From the NCBI GenBank assembly GCA_018398765.1, contig JAHBMJ010000084.1:1-57465 (forward strand): a DNA stretch of 57,465 nt, read 5' to 3'. The notes beneath the pieces were generated by a model, which saw only the letters and a program-made list of their open reading frames with translations, had not been told where the DNA came from and ran no database searches. This DNA comes from Chromera velia. Taxonomy: Eukaryota. Shown piece after piece: positions 1 to 12,240 of this stretch. The position numbers were made by a program, and so were the translations under genes. Within the stretch, counting starts at the first letter, position 1, and every line of letters starts with the position of its first letter.

Positions 1-33
1 TGTGTGTGTATGTGTGTGTATGTGTGTGTGTAT

Positions 34-80
<47 letters not shown>
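1..80. repeat. (TG)n microsatellite with TA interruptions
   Basis: Direct read: tgtgtgtgtatgtg... from the window start. Confidence 0.95.
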
Positions 81-84
<4 letters not shown>

Positions 85-984
85 CCTGAGACTGCCTCTC
101 TCTTCTTCTTTCAACTTTTTTGACTTTGGTCCTTTCTTCCTTTCTAGCTTTCCTTCCTTGAATCCTTCTTTCCGATTTGAAGCGGCGATTTCCTTCCTTC
201 TTTCCTTATTTCCTTCTTTTCTTCCTTCTTTCTATCCTTCCTTCGTTTTTATTGTTTAACCCTTAAAAACTATATCAAAGGTTCGTTTCTTCGTGAATAA
301 TACGGTGAATTGATTTGAATTAAATTGAATTGAAGTATTTAAAGGTGCTAGGAAAGCTCGTCATGGTGAGCCTTCGCTAAAGCCTTAAAGCTCTGGCTAC
401 CTAGTATATATGGCCAATCAACTCATAACATCCTACAATTATGCATATCATGTTTTCTTTAAAAAGTTTATCTCTATCTGTATTAGTTTTGTAGCTATAG
501 ATTCATAATAATTTATGTTATATACTTTTATAAGTTTTATTTAGCTGCAGTTTTTCAACTGAAGAAGAATGGATTGAAAAACACCATACAAGATATACCA
601 AGGCAAAAAACTGAGGCAAGCTAGGCTGGAGTTTGGCTTGCTATACAGAAGTTGACTCAATCAGCTGTGTTGAAAGATTCGAAGGGGGTATTGCGACTCA
701 CAGTTTAATTTGTTGTTATTTGTTGTCTATTGTTGTGACTCTACTCCAGCTTTGATCGCCAATGGTATCACTCTAGTAATCCAGAAACATATACACGTCG
801 ACGTGAAGTTTTTGATCGATTCGATCGTTTCTGTGGCTGATAATAATGCATGGTGAACAACAGATCTGGAGTCTGGACTCAGAAGACGGTCAGCCTGAGT
901 GTTAGAGATCATGGCCGGACGGCGCACCGGGCGCGTGCACCCTAGCTATCAAACTCAATTGTTTTGCGCGCAAAACGAGCGCAC

Positions 985-1100
985 CATGCATGCAGCACTT
1001 TTGTGCATTTTTGTACGCATGCACGTACGTGTACGTGTTAATCGATTTACATGCATGCATTGAATCGATCGTCGAGTTTTCCTTCGGCTCGATCATGCAT
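985..1100. promoter_or_regulatory. TGCATG/TGCATGCA motif cluster upstream of the DUF4246-like gene (candidate ApiAP2-type cis elements)
   Basis: TGCATGCA at 987-994 and 1052-1059 plus further GCATGC/CATGCA cores, about 250-350 bp upstream of ATG 1339. Confidence 0.45.
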
Positions 1101-1338
1101 ATATATATGTCTTATAGAGAATCTTCAATATTGTGGACTCTTTATGGGCCGCGTTCGAACCATGAAGAGCTAGGAGGCTTGGCAAGCAGATTTTATCTGA
1201 TGTTTTGCATACGCGTCCAAACAAGTGAGTAATAACATACTTTGAATATATAAACGTCAGCGTGTTGAGGAAAGCGCCTAGCTGTCTCTGGGATACGAGA
1301 AAATACTTCGATCCCACATCCTCTTGTTGTGCGAAAAA

Positions 1339-4300
1339 ATGTGGGCACCCTCTGAAGCTCTGGCAGCTCTGCAGAGAGAATACCGAAAGGGATCTGTCGT
1401 AGAGAGTTTCCGTCTCGCCGAAAAGATTTTGAGCACAGAAACGCCGTCTGCGTCCGATGTGGAGCGCAGTGCTGCTCTAAAAATTCGTGGATGGGCAAAG
1501 ACCTTCCTTGATGACTTCCGAGGAGCCATCAAGGATCTGGAAGAGGCTGCTGCTCTGTCCCCTCATCTGAAGAAGCAAACGGGGGGCACGAAAGTTCTCC
1601 TTTCTGCTTTGAAAAGAGCAGTTAATACGAAATTGCGCATTCAAAGAGCGGCAAGGGATCATTGGAGTGTCATCGCTCCAGACGAAGCTCGGAAGTGCTC
1701 AGAGGAGAGCAGTGCATGGAACCGGGCAGATTTCCGCATGGAATGGTACCGACGCACCGTTCTTCGACGCTCGTCTGAGAGAAAGGCCGAGCTAAGAAAT
1801 CCACCCGACACTCCAGACGTCCTAGACAACAAGGAGCCCTGGGGGGGTGCCGAATTCCGAGGTTGTATTTCCAGAAGCCTCCGATGCCCGATACCCCATT
1901 TCCCCTACGGGCAGGCAACAAATGGTGTGTTGTTTGAGAAACTGGATTCTCTAGATCTCAAATGGGACAAGGACGCGAGGGCATTAGATCCTGTTCCCCA
2001 TGCCGAGTTTCCGTTCCCCGTTTGTCCCCCTTGTGCGAATTCAGTAAAGGTGGAGACACCTCGGGAGGGTCTAGACCTCTTCGTTTCCCCCAAGGCTGTC
2101 GACGAGTGCTCACTGGATCTTCTCAGAAAGTGGTTTGATCTGCGAGCAGAGGAAACGCAGGTAAAGAGGTGCGACTGAATTAACCCGCAGCCGTATGCGT
2201 AGTATATGCCTAGAAATCGCTTCGAGCTCAAGGTAGAAGGAGAAAGGTTGAGTGTGTGGACAGAAAGCAACGGAGGGGAATGAAGAGACAGTACCCGTCG
2301 GTTTTTCATCCATTCGTGCTTCAGAAATCACTGTAGAGACAAATGCCGCCGGATCGCCATCACTGCCATCTTTTAGTCTTGCTTGTAGTGCTGTCTGTTG
2401 GACTTTTCTGCACCGAAATTCCACCTTCTGCTTCCTCTCCAGATGGCCTCTCTTCATGAGCATCGCTCCCGCGTTCCTTCTTGTTTCGTCAAAAGGAGTT
2501 TCCATCCACTCCAACACCGAAGTTCCTTCCTGCGTTTTCCTGTCCGTCCTTCCATCCACATGTGGTATGTCCCTCTGTGCATTTCTCAACGTTTATCTTC
2601 TTCTCTCTCCTCCTGTCTCCGTTCTGAACAGTTTTCCCTCCCCAACAAACAACTTCCCTGCCGCAGGACTTCCCCGTGCCCCAGTACCACAACCTCCTGG
2701 ACCCCAACCTCTCCGTGCACCTCGCGGCACTCCCAGGGGGAGGGCTGCCCTTCAAGCCGGGAGAGCTGTCTGGAGGCAGGCAGAGGGGCAGGATGGAAAA
2801 CTGGCAGGGAGACCCGAGAGCGTGGAGGTGGACACCCACAGACGTACTCGTTGAGGCGCATCCTGTGGAGACAGAACAGGTCGGCAAATCAAAGGGACAC
2901 CCAGCCTGTCCGTATGTTTTCAAACGGGGGGTTTTCTTCCTCTCTTTCTTTTTGAAATGGATTGTATAACATGCAGGAATCAGAGTGCTGAGATGCTATA
3001 GAGGCACGTGGAGACCAACGAAGAGAAGACCGAAAATTCTGTTCTTCTTCTGTAAGTGTCGGGTTTTGTGTCAATTTACAGATGTTCATCTGCTGATTTG
3101 TGCTTCTGAGGGACTTGTGTCCATCCCAACTGTTTCTTCTCTGCCCTCTCTCTTTGAACCATTGCAGATTGTGTACCTCCTGCAACTGAAAGCCCTCCGT
3201 TCGAAATCCTGCGGCAACAAAATGTTCGGAGAGGCCGTGGTCCGACGTGTCCTGGATTTCTGGAGAGACTGGGAGGCGAAAGAGCAGAAGGAGTTTGTGT
3301 TGACGGCGAGGCTTTGTGGTCCTCTTGCGGGGTGTGGGGAGGGTCTGAGAATGTTCGGGGAAGAGGAAACGGTGGATGCCTCAGGACATCGAGTGGAGAG
3401 GAAGGGGGACTTCGACGCACTCTTCCATAGCCTTGTCGAGAGGATTCTCAGAAGTGCAGCACCTCTTCTTGCACAATTGCGTCGGCCTGCTCTGCTCCTT
3501 CCGGGTCCTCTTCAGGTTCGTAATGTCAAGACGCTCCTTTCCTTCCGGCTAGTAGACAAGCACTCAGTATCGATACATCTAACCGTTACTTCGTTCGGTT
3601 TCTTTTCCGTCGTTCCTGAAGACGTGCCGTTGCATGTTTGAATGAAGCCGTCAGGGCAATTCTTCTATTTCCTATGTGTACTCGTGTTCTTCACTTCATC
3701 CTGTATCTCTTTCCTTCCTTCCTTCCTTCCTTCCTTCCAATATCGATTCAATTTTTTCTTTCTTCCTGTTCTCTTCCTCGCTCTTCATTTTCCTCCGTTT
3801 CCGTCAATCTATGTTTCTCTCTGCCTTTCTCCTCCTTTCTCTCTTTGTGAGCGTGTACCAGGATTTGATGGGCACGCTTCGCAGCTGACACATGAACCAC
3901 AACAGTCTTTCATGATGGCTGAGTGTCCGCAGGTTGTATGCAAGGCCCAGCGCATCTTCGTGAAGGAGGGGGAAGAGTATGAGGGCGTATGGCACCTAGA
4001 TGGCGAGGCAGAGAGGGTGGTGGCGGTCGGAATTCTGTACCTTCGCATGTCCCCCTCACTGGAGGTCGGCCTGTCCATAGATCATGAAAGGGATGTAATT
4101 GTCTCCAGGGGGGGAAAATGAAGGGATGAAACAAGAGAAAAAAAGGCATCTGATTTGTTCTTCCAAGTTCCAGCCCCCTTGTTTGCTTTCCGCAGCGTGA
4201 TGTTCCCTATGATCGCTTTTGTCCTCTGTTCTTATTCTTTCTGCGTCTTCTGTCCTCCTAAATGTTTCCCCGGCCCCTCCGCACCAATCCCCCCCATACA

Positions 4301-4522
4301 TTCGCGCTGACTTTTTCTTTCCGACTCTCTTTCTTAAATTTCCCTTCGCTTGGACGGGTGGGTGGATGGGTGCCTGCAGGGAGGGGCCCTTGAGTTCTTC
4401 GACAAGGGACCGGTGCAAGACGTGAGTGTTCACAGAAATACACTCCCACACTTACACACTCACACACACTCACACACACACATTCACACACTCACACACA
4501 CTCACACACTCACACACACACA

Positions 4523-4563
<41 letters not shown>

Positions 4564-4718
4564 ACTCACACACACTCACACTCTCACTCACACTCACGCA
4601 CACACACGCACACACACACTCACACACTGACACACACTCCCACACTCACACACTCACACACTCACACACTCACACACACACTCTCTCTCTCTCACACACA
4701 CACACACGCGCACGCACA

Positions 4719-4759
<41 letters not shown>

Positions 4760-7028
4760 ACACACTCACACACTCACACACACTCACTCACACACTCACA
4801 CACTCACACACTGACACACACTCTCTCTCTCTCTCACACACACACACATACACTCACACACTCACACACACACACTCACACACACACACACACATACACA
4901 CACACATTTCCTTTTGGCACGTGTTCATCACGAGTCTTCTCCCTTTCGATACTATCTGTGAAAACGCATCATCTGGCCCTTCGACAACTGAAAATTTCTC
5001 TCCACCAGGTACACTCAGTCGTCAGTAACAGTCTCAATCAAGCACACCTTTGGAAATGTACATGTACACCCGCCTTCTTCAGATTTTGTGTTCGCAAAGG
5101 GGAACCCCACTGGAGCAAATGCGTGTGAGAGCACGAATGTTGATTTTTCATTTACATCTTCTTTGAATGTCCTTGCTTGCTGGCAGGCCTTCTGGTTGTG
5201 GGGAGACTGCACCCCCGAGGACGGCTCCCCAGAGAGTTTGAGGAAAGACCTAGAGGTGCATGGGAGGGCCAAGGTGCCAGTAAAGCGGGGCTCTCTGGTG
5301 GTGTTCTCAAATTATCAGCTTCTGCACCGGGTCCTGAGAATGAGACTGAGAGCCCCCAAGGAAAAGTCAAAAGGAGACAAAGGAAAAGAGGTTCCTGCTG
5401 CTGCTGCTGCTGCATCTTCTTCTTCTTCTCCTGTAGCAACACAGGCAGGGGAAGAGAAAGATTCAGACGTCGTCTCACCATTCACAGGAGAGTCAAACAA
5501 AGCGGCAGGGGAGACAGAGCAGTCTCCTTCCTCCTCAGCTGCTGCTGAGAAGTCCCCCCTCGAATCTAGCCAACCTCAACGTCCGAGTGACCGGGTGGGG
5601 ATGCGGGACTTTTTGGTTTTCTTCTTCCTCGACCAGCGTTACCCTCTGGTCTCGACAACCGACCTCAGATTCTGTCTCAAGCCTGCGGGTAAAAAGACCG
5701 ATGAAGCACCACCAGCAGCAGCAGCTGCTGCTGCGGCAGCGTCTTCCTCCTCTTCTTCCCCTGCATCCGATAGGTCGAATCTGGTAGTTCTCCAGAACAC
5801 AGCGGAGAGGGTAGGAAAGAGGGGGGAACTCCTCAGATCTCAGCTGGAGCCCAAGCCATTGGTCTCGTCTCCTCACCAGGGGGGCAGTAGAGGGGACGGT
5901 GAGAGAGGGAATGCGTCGGCTGTCAACCCTCTTACATCTCTTTCCGCTACGGATGCAGCAGCTCTTTCCCGACGGAAGAGCAAGCTGACGGCAACTTTTG
6001 GACTTCCCGATCAGGGGGTGTCTTCCACAGGGAACGGGAGCGTGGCACAGGTGAGAGAGAGAGGGGGGGGGACTGGAAGGAGAGGGAGTGGACAAGGAAG
6101 GAAGATGAGTCTAGTCTGCATGGGAGGACGGGAAGGAGCGAGCGAGACCGGGAAGGAGGGAAAGAAGGCACGGAAGAACGTGGGCCTCCGGTTGCTTTTC
6201 TGCATGTGTGCATATTTCGTGGACGTACGAGTATGTGCTTGAATGAATGAGTCATGCGTCCAAGACGTGTGCATGCATGCAGTTGGCGTTCCAATTTGGA
6301 TCTTCACTCGGTCGTCTGGACAGTTTTGATCAACAGATGGACAGCGAGATCGTGACTGACGGTATGGACTGCATCAGGAAAGTGAACATTTGCCCGCCCC
6401 TGAATCACGGCAGCAGCTGGGCTTGGGATGCCAACAGGGGCGTGTGGGACGAACCGAATCCCTCCAGCACGTGGGTGGAAGAGAGATACTTTGGAGATGA
6501 GGGACTGAGAGAGGGGCCGCGTGGATACGTCAGCAGGTCAGCCGGTAGGCAACTCTGGTCACTTCGAATTATGTGTTGCAACCTCAAGAGTGGACAAATT
6601 AAGGATTGCTGGGAGATGGTTTTCATGGTCGTCCAGTTGCTGACAGTGCTCTGGTGGTACAAGACTTCAGTCCTGTCTGCTGCTGGTGCCTTCGCCGTAC
6701 TTTTTCTCTGTGGAGGCCATTGTTTTTTGCGTAGCAGTCGAGAGCCCATCCTCGTCTGTCTGCGCTGTCAAACCAAATGTTCCTCAGTCATGCCAGGATA
6801 GATTCAGAATGGACATGGACAGTTGCTAACAGAATGGACATGCACATTCATTTGCGTGCATTTTCGTCACATGCACAACCGTGCAGGTATCGCAATATTA
6901 ACTCTGGCCTCGTCACACGGAAGCCACCAATCGAGGGATGCTTTTCTGTAGACGAATATACTGGGGGTGAGGAGATTCCTCGGTCAGACGGGAGCGAGAG
7001 CGAAGAGAGTAGCAGTGATGATGAATGA
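1339..7028 (+). CDS. Multi-exon TPR-containing DUF4246-like protein (putative 2OG-Fe(II) oxygenase fold)
   Basis: In-frame GT-AG exon chain: 1339-2160, 2667-2879, 3168-3515, 3933-4064, 4380-4421, 5187-6050, 6283-6536, 6887-7028; a small extra exon near 2977-3051 is possible. TPR-like ALKIRGWAKTFLDDFRGAIKDLEEAAALSP. DUF4246-like motifs HNLLDPNL, LQVVCKAQRIFV...GVWHLDG...VVAVGILY, GSLVVFSNYQLLHRV and GMRDFLVFFFLD. Confidence 0.75.
4438..4905. repeat. Long degenerate (CA)n/(CACACT)n microsatellite, intronic
   Basis: About 470 bp of CA/CT dinucleotide mosaic inside the intron that follows exon 4380-4421. Confidence 0.95.
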
Positions 7029-7931
7029 TGGAAAACGGTGTGACCCGAACATCGGACCCGAATTGAAGTTTAATTTGCAAGAAGATCGATTTTGTCTTCC
7101 CGCAAATTTGTGTCATGCATTCATTCAGATTATTGTTGATATCAAAAGAAATCTGGAAAAAAACTGAAAAGTTCAGCTATATTTATCAAAACTGTAGAAA
7201 AATACACTAAGAAAACCAATTAATCTAGCTTAAGAAACTTGAACATATGTGCCTATTAAATGTGCAGTTATTTGATTGTATTGGATATATAAATTGATGA
7301 TTGATGTGGAACAAATAAACTTGAACGGATAATAAATCTCTAAAACTGGTTGCGCAATAACGATTTATTGAATAAATAAAAATTCTCAATCCTATACAGA
7401 TAATTGATTTGTTTGTCAAGTTTATACTATTATTATTATGATTCAGTGCCCTCTCTATTCAACATTGCAAGATTCAACCTACGGAACAACGTACTATTCA
7501 GCAGTATGTTTTCTGCCCGAAACCACTTGCAAAACATGGAGATTAAATTAAACCGATGGCCTTCTAGTATTTTAACATCTCCGACGTGCATTGCCTAGAA
7601 ATATACATTAATGATGAATCATTGACGATAATGTATGATGATAATGACGTATATTTAGATGTATATGGTAACATAGTTCTCATTCATTCCCCCACTGCCT
7701 CCCAGGCGGTACTAGACGACGGCACCAGACGGCAAGCACCGTTTGATCATTGACATGCATATTTATTACTACACTTAAATAATACATCAAATTTAATTAA
7801 CATTTCTGAATATCATATATAATAAAAGGTGAATCCATATCGCTGAATGCCGACTTCAATGCTATGTAGTTCTCCGTCGGGCAAAAGAAAGATGTAAGCC
7901 TCAAATTCCATGAACGTATTCGAACTGCTGC

Positions 7932-10269
7932 TCAAAGATTCACGTAACTCCAAGCACAACACACCAACACCCAACTACCGCGCCCTTGTCGTGCCCGACG
8001 TTCCTGCAGCCCTCTGCTCCGCAGCAGCCGCGGCGCTCCTGAGTTTCCGTCCGGTCTCTCTGACGAATGCGACGAGCGGGGCCAGAAAGCGGAGGCGCAT
8101 GAGTGCCGGAGGGGACGGAGTGGCTGCAGCTCCCTCCCCCCCCGCCGCATGGGGTTCTTTTTCCAACATCGCTTCCAGCTGCATGAATGGATGCACATCC
8201 GGAGGGGGAAGACAACACAGGTTGAAAATACATCAAGACAAGAGCACGCGCACGTCAACCTCTGCGATGATCTATCCATCCACTGATCGAAACTCCAATT
8301 AGGGAGAGGAAGAGACGGAACAGCAGAGACAGAACAGAAACGGAAGGAGAGGAATGGGGCGGGACGGTCCAGGTTTAGGAGAAGATAGTGATTGCCACAG
8401 GAAAATTTAATGTGAAGAGGCACCCTCACAGAGAGAGAAAGCAGAGCGAAGAAGATTTACAGATAGATTGATAGATAGATGGACAGACAGACGAATGGGC
8501 AGATAGATACATAGATAGACACATCGACAGACAGATGTATAAATACGGACGGACAGACAAACAGACCAATCTAAACGCTAAGACCCAGGTGACGAGATGC
8601 TTGAAGAGGAGGAAGAAGAGGAGCTTGTAATTACTGGCAGAGGCTCCGCATGGTCCTTCTTCTTGTCCTTCTTTGTTTTTTTTGCTTTCGGTGCCACCTC
8701 GCTGCACACGACACACAGAGAGAGCCGCACCAGAATGAGACATGCAGAGCAGCCGCGTTCCAAACCCCTCACCCCTTTCTACTCCTGCTTTTCTTCTTTC
8801 CTAGCTTGACTTAACTGAGCGGCCTACATCATGGCTGCATGTCCTGACTGACCTCTCCTTGCCTGACTTGTCGGATCTCTCATTTTCTGACTCGACTAAA
8901 CTACACTTAACTTGACTCAAACTAAACGTAAACTTACTCAACTTGGCTTACTCGTCCTAACTTAATCTAACTGAGCTCAACTGAACTCAACTAAACTTGA
9001 GCAAACTCGACTTAGCTTACTTGTCCTAACTTAATCTAACTGAGCTCAACTAAACTTAACTGAATTTGAGCAAACTCGACTCAGCTTACTTGTCCTAACT
9101 TAATCTAACTGAGCTCAACTAAACTTGACTAAACTTAAGCAAACTCGACTTAGCTTACTTGTCCTAACTTAGTCTAACTGAGCTCGACTGAAGTAAGCCT
9201 ACCTGAAGTCTAGCCTGAAGTGTCTCAACGAAGAGCTCACTACTAAATGGCCTCACTCCTTCTTGTCCTCATTCTGTCTAATCGGCTTTCTAAATGTCTA
9301 GCTATCCCCCCATCCCCCTGCTTGGTGTTTTGTGTGGCCAGCAGCCCCTAACTGGAAAAAGGGATGAGTTCAGGCTGCGTCACCACTGCCTGGCTCGCCC
9401 CCTCGAGTACAGTGTCACGGGGGGTTCGCGCTTTCGGACTTACTCGGAGGCCTTACTAACTCGATCACCGCAGTGTGCAAACGAGCGTCCAGAACCCCAA
9501 ACCTAACTCCGAAAGCAAACTCAATGCGAGAGGTCGGGACAGGCGAGGGACTTAATCAGGAAGACGTCAGAATCAGTCACGCGACCCTCTCTCAAATAAA
9601 ACGGAAAACAAAAGGGAGAAAAAAAAAGAAGAACTCTAGCAGACAAAACACTGACTCTGCCTCATTCTGACCTCTGCTCCAGATCTTCATTCGGCGTGTT
9701 GGTGGCGCGCTTTACAGGTTTGCGGATGGCTTCTTCGGTGTCGAAGAGATGCTGGGAGTCCGAGGAGTTTCCTCTGCCATTTCTCCCTCTGTCACCTGGA
9801 TGCGACTTCTCCCTTTCGGCATCTCCCACCCAAGGTCTCATCTTTCCACCCAGGTTGCCGTCTCCCTCTTTGTCTCTCTCTGTCTCACGAGAAGGAACAC
9901 CACCACGAGAGCCCGGCTTGGAGGGACCGCTGGGAGACCCCAGAGCTACAACGGACGCACCAGGCTCTGAGGATGGGACATGGAGTCCGACGCCAGGCAG
10001 AGGGACACCAGAGGAAGACAGATGCATCTGCGGAGGCGGTTGAGGAGCCGAGGACGGGGGTGCTGGGGGATGTGAAGGGGGTGGTCTCGAAAGAAAGTCC
10101 AGGTTGCTGTGCTGACCGTGGCTGTTGGGAGGAGCGACTGGAGGCGGCTGCCCCCCTGGAGCGCCTCAGCTTCTGGTTCCTCATTGGCTGAGTCTCCTTT
10201 GGCTCCATCGTCTTCATGACTGTCCCTCCCTATTTCTTCATCAACAAGTTTGATGCTCGTCCTTTTCAT
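7932..10269 (-). CDS. Possible 4-exon low-complexity hypothetical protein
   Basis: ATG 10269 (MKRTSIKLVDEEIG...) can be joined through GT-AG introns to MHLSSSGVP...NEDLEQ, SEVAPKAKKTKKDKKKD...S-run and the 7932 ORF. No recognisable domain. Confidence 0.3.
8885..9195. repeat. 69-bp tandem repeat (~4 copies) built from AACTN-like pentamers
   Basis: Unit gcaaactcgacttagcttacttgtcctaacttaatctaactgagctcaactaaacttaactgaatttga starts at 9001, 9070 and 9139, with a more diverged copy at ~8932. Confidence 0.9.
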
Positions 10270-10619
10270 TCATCTCTCATTGTGTTACCCGCTCCTCTTG
10301 TCCTGTTGTAGCGCAATCGTAAGAACCACAGAGAAGCGTGCATAGCCCTTGAAGTTCTCGATGCCTGAATGCCACCGCCTGCTTTGGAGCCCTGGAGTCG
10401 AACACGTCTACATGTATGCGGAAGCTTCACTTCACGCTTGGGAGGCCTGACACAAATAAGCGTCAGCAACGAAGCCTACATGCGATCTGCTTCCAAGAAA
10501 CGAAACGTCAAGGCAATGGAGTAACGGACTGGGAATATCTGGGAATCTCTGCTTTGAATCCGTTTGTCGCTTTCATGCAGGCAATCTGTGGAGGCCTTAG
10601 TAGCTACTGTGACAGGCTC

Positions 10620-11020
10620 CGACATGCAGCATGAGCCTGCCACTGACTGATTGTATGCATGAGTGTTTGAGAGCGACAATTTTGTTAAAACATGCAGTTG
10701 TCAACGCTACATACGGTCAAACAATTCGAAAATTAACGCGATGCTTGCAATGCATAATGCACGCTGTGTTGCATGTGTTGCGCTTGCATGTTGCAAAAGG
10801 TGAGAGGTTGCAAAATTCTCTTGAGTTTTCTTTAGTGTCTCTCTGCATGGTCCTTTGTCGGATTCTCTTGAATGCATGTCTTTCTGCATGTGTTGTGCAA
10901 CATGCATGCATGCACGTTGCAAAGTTGCACTGCATAGATGCAGAAGCGCGTGCAACACATATGTTGCATGCACGCTCTTCGACTAACGTGATGCAACGGT
11001 GAGTGCGTGAGCTGCATGGT
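10620..11020. promoter_or_regulatory. Dense TGCATG(CA) cluster, candidate (bidirectional) promoter upstream of the CPW-WPC gene
   Basis: Many TGCATG/CATGCA cores; TGCATGCA at 10903-10914 (two overlapping) and 10965-10972, about 200-550 bp upstream of ATG 11207. Confidence 0.5.
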
Positions 11021-11206
11021 CGAATGAATGAGAGCTTCGACCTTCCAACTGCTTCGTTGGCCATGCAGACTGCTTCGTTCGGCGGAGAGACTCCACGCAA
11101 CGACGTGAGTGAAGGCGTGCAGAGAGCCTTCAACTGAACGACAGGCCCCCTCTGCTTGCCACAGCCCTTTGAGGATCCAAAACACGAACGAGCGCTTTTA
11201 GGTTCA

Positions 11207-12240
11207 ATGACAGCGGGGATTCGCCTGGTCCTTGCCGTGGCTTGTGGACTGCTCCTTTCTGTCTGCACATCGGCCACGACTGCCGAAGCTGGCCGCTTCG
11301 GGTTTATCAAAGGGCTGATTCCAGGCCTTCAGGAAGCAAAATGGGCCATCGATGTGGCGGATAACTCTGAGAAAGTGGCAAACGAGTTCAAGAAGGGAAG
11401 TGGACAAGAAGGCCAGGCAACGCAAGAGAACACCAACAACGCCATCGCTGATCTTAATGCGAAGGTCTGTTGTTGATTCGCGCGGATATTCAGATGGCTG
11501 GAAGAATCAAAGTTCGCTCCGATCGACTCCATTGTGTACAGCAAGAGGATGAGCTCGCGAAAGGACTCCATGACGAGCAAGAGGCCGCAAAGCACACCTT
11601 TGATTCAAACTGCCCGAAAGTTCCTGAGTACGAGAGGGATTACAGCTTCCAATGCCCCGAGAACTTCGAGCCTGCAGACTTCAATACGGACAAATGCTGG
11701 GGGAAAGAGTCAGCAGGATTTCAACCCAGAAAGTCGATCTCAGTCATCACCGCCCGTTCCATATGCTTGTGCTATATCGATACATCAATCGATCTCCCTT
11801 CTTGCAGCTTCAAACCACCGATGAACACGGATTGGTCAGACTGCTGCTCCCGAAGGGCATCCAGTTCTGGTTAACGCAATCATTGCATGAATGAGCACCG
11901 TGGTCCTTGCTCAACTCGAATCTTCTTGCAGCGTGGCTCTGGTCGATTTCACTCTTTCCACCATCCAAGACAAAAAGAACTGGGTGAGTGGTGTCCCGAT
12001 ATCAGAAATCGCCAACCAACAAGACTCTGCACCGTCTGGAATGGCCGAGTGACCAGATGGGTGATTGAAACCTTGCAGGAGCTGAAATGCTGTGCTTTTT
12101 GGCCGAAGGTAGCAGAGAAAGAAGGCACTGTTGCTGGAGCGACAACTTCCGCAGAGGTCAAGCGTCTTCGCTTGAAAAAGATTCCAGTGCAAGGCCCCAT
12201 TTCAGAGGACGATGGGACCATCATTCACTCAAAGAGTTGA
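11207..12240 (+). CDS. Secreted CPW-WPC domain protein (single degenerate domain)
   Basis: Exons 11207-11464, 11494-11708, 11808-11834, 11932-11983, 12079-12240 splice in frame. Signal peptide MTAGIRLVLAVACGLLLSVCTSA. Domain ERDYSFQCPENF...KCWGKDFKPPMNTDCVALVDFTLSTIQDKKNWELKCCAFWPK fits the RDYS..CP..W...C...F...K..W...C...WPC pattern. C-terminal GPISEDDGTII tail. Confidence 0.8.

Noticed and set aside
4350..5028. His/Thr-rich and Cys/Val-rich ORFs (also 2-259, 42454-43127, 56727-57306)
   Set aside because: These are translations of (CA)n/(TG)n microsatellites, mostly intronic.
8885..9195. CRISPR-like array
   Set aside because: Units are contiguous with no unique spacers, there are no cas genes, and the context is eukaryotic.
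9413..9585. LTR start (TGTCACGG...)
   Set aside because: No second LTR, PBS, polypurine tract or gag/pol sequence nearby.
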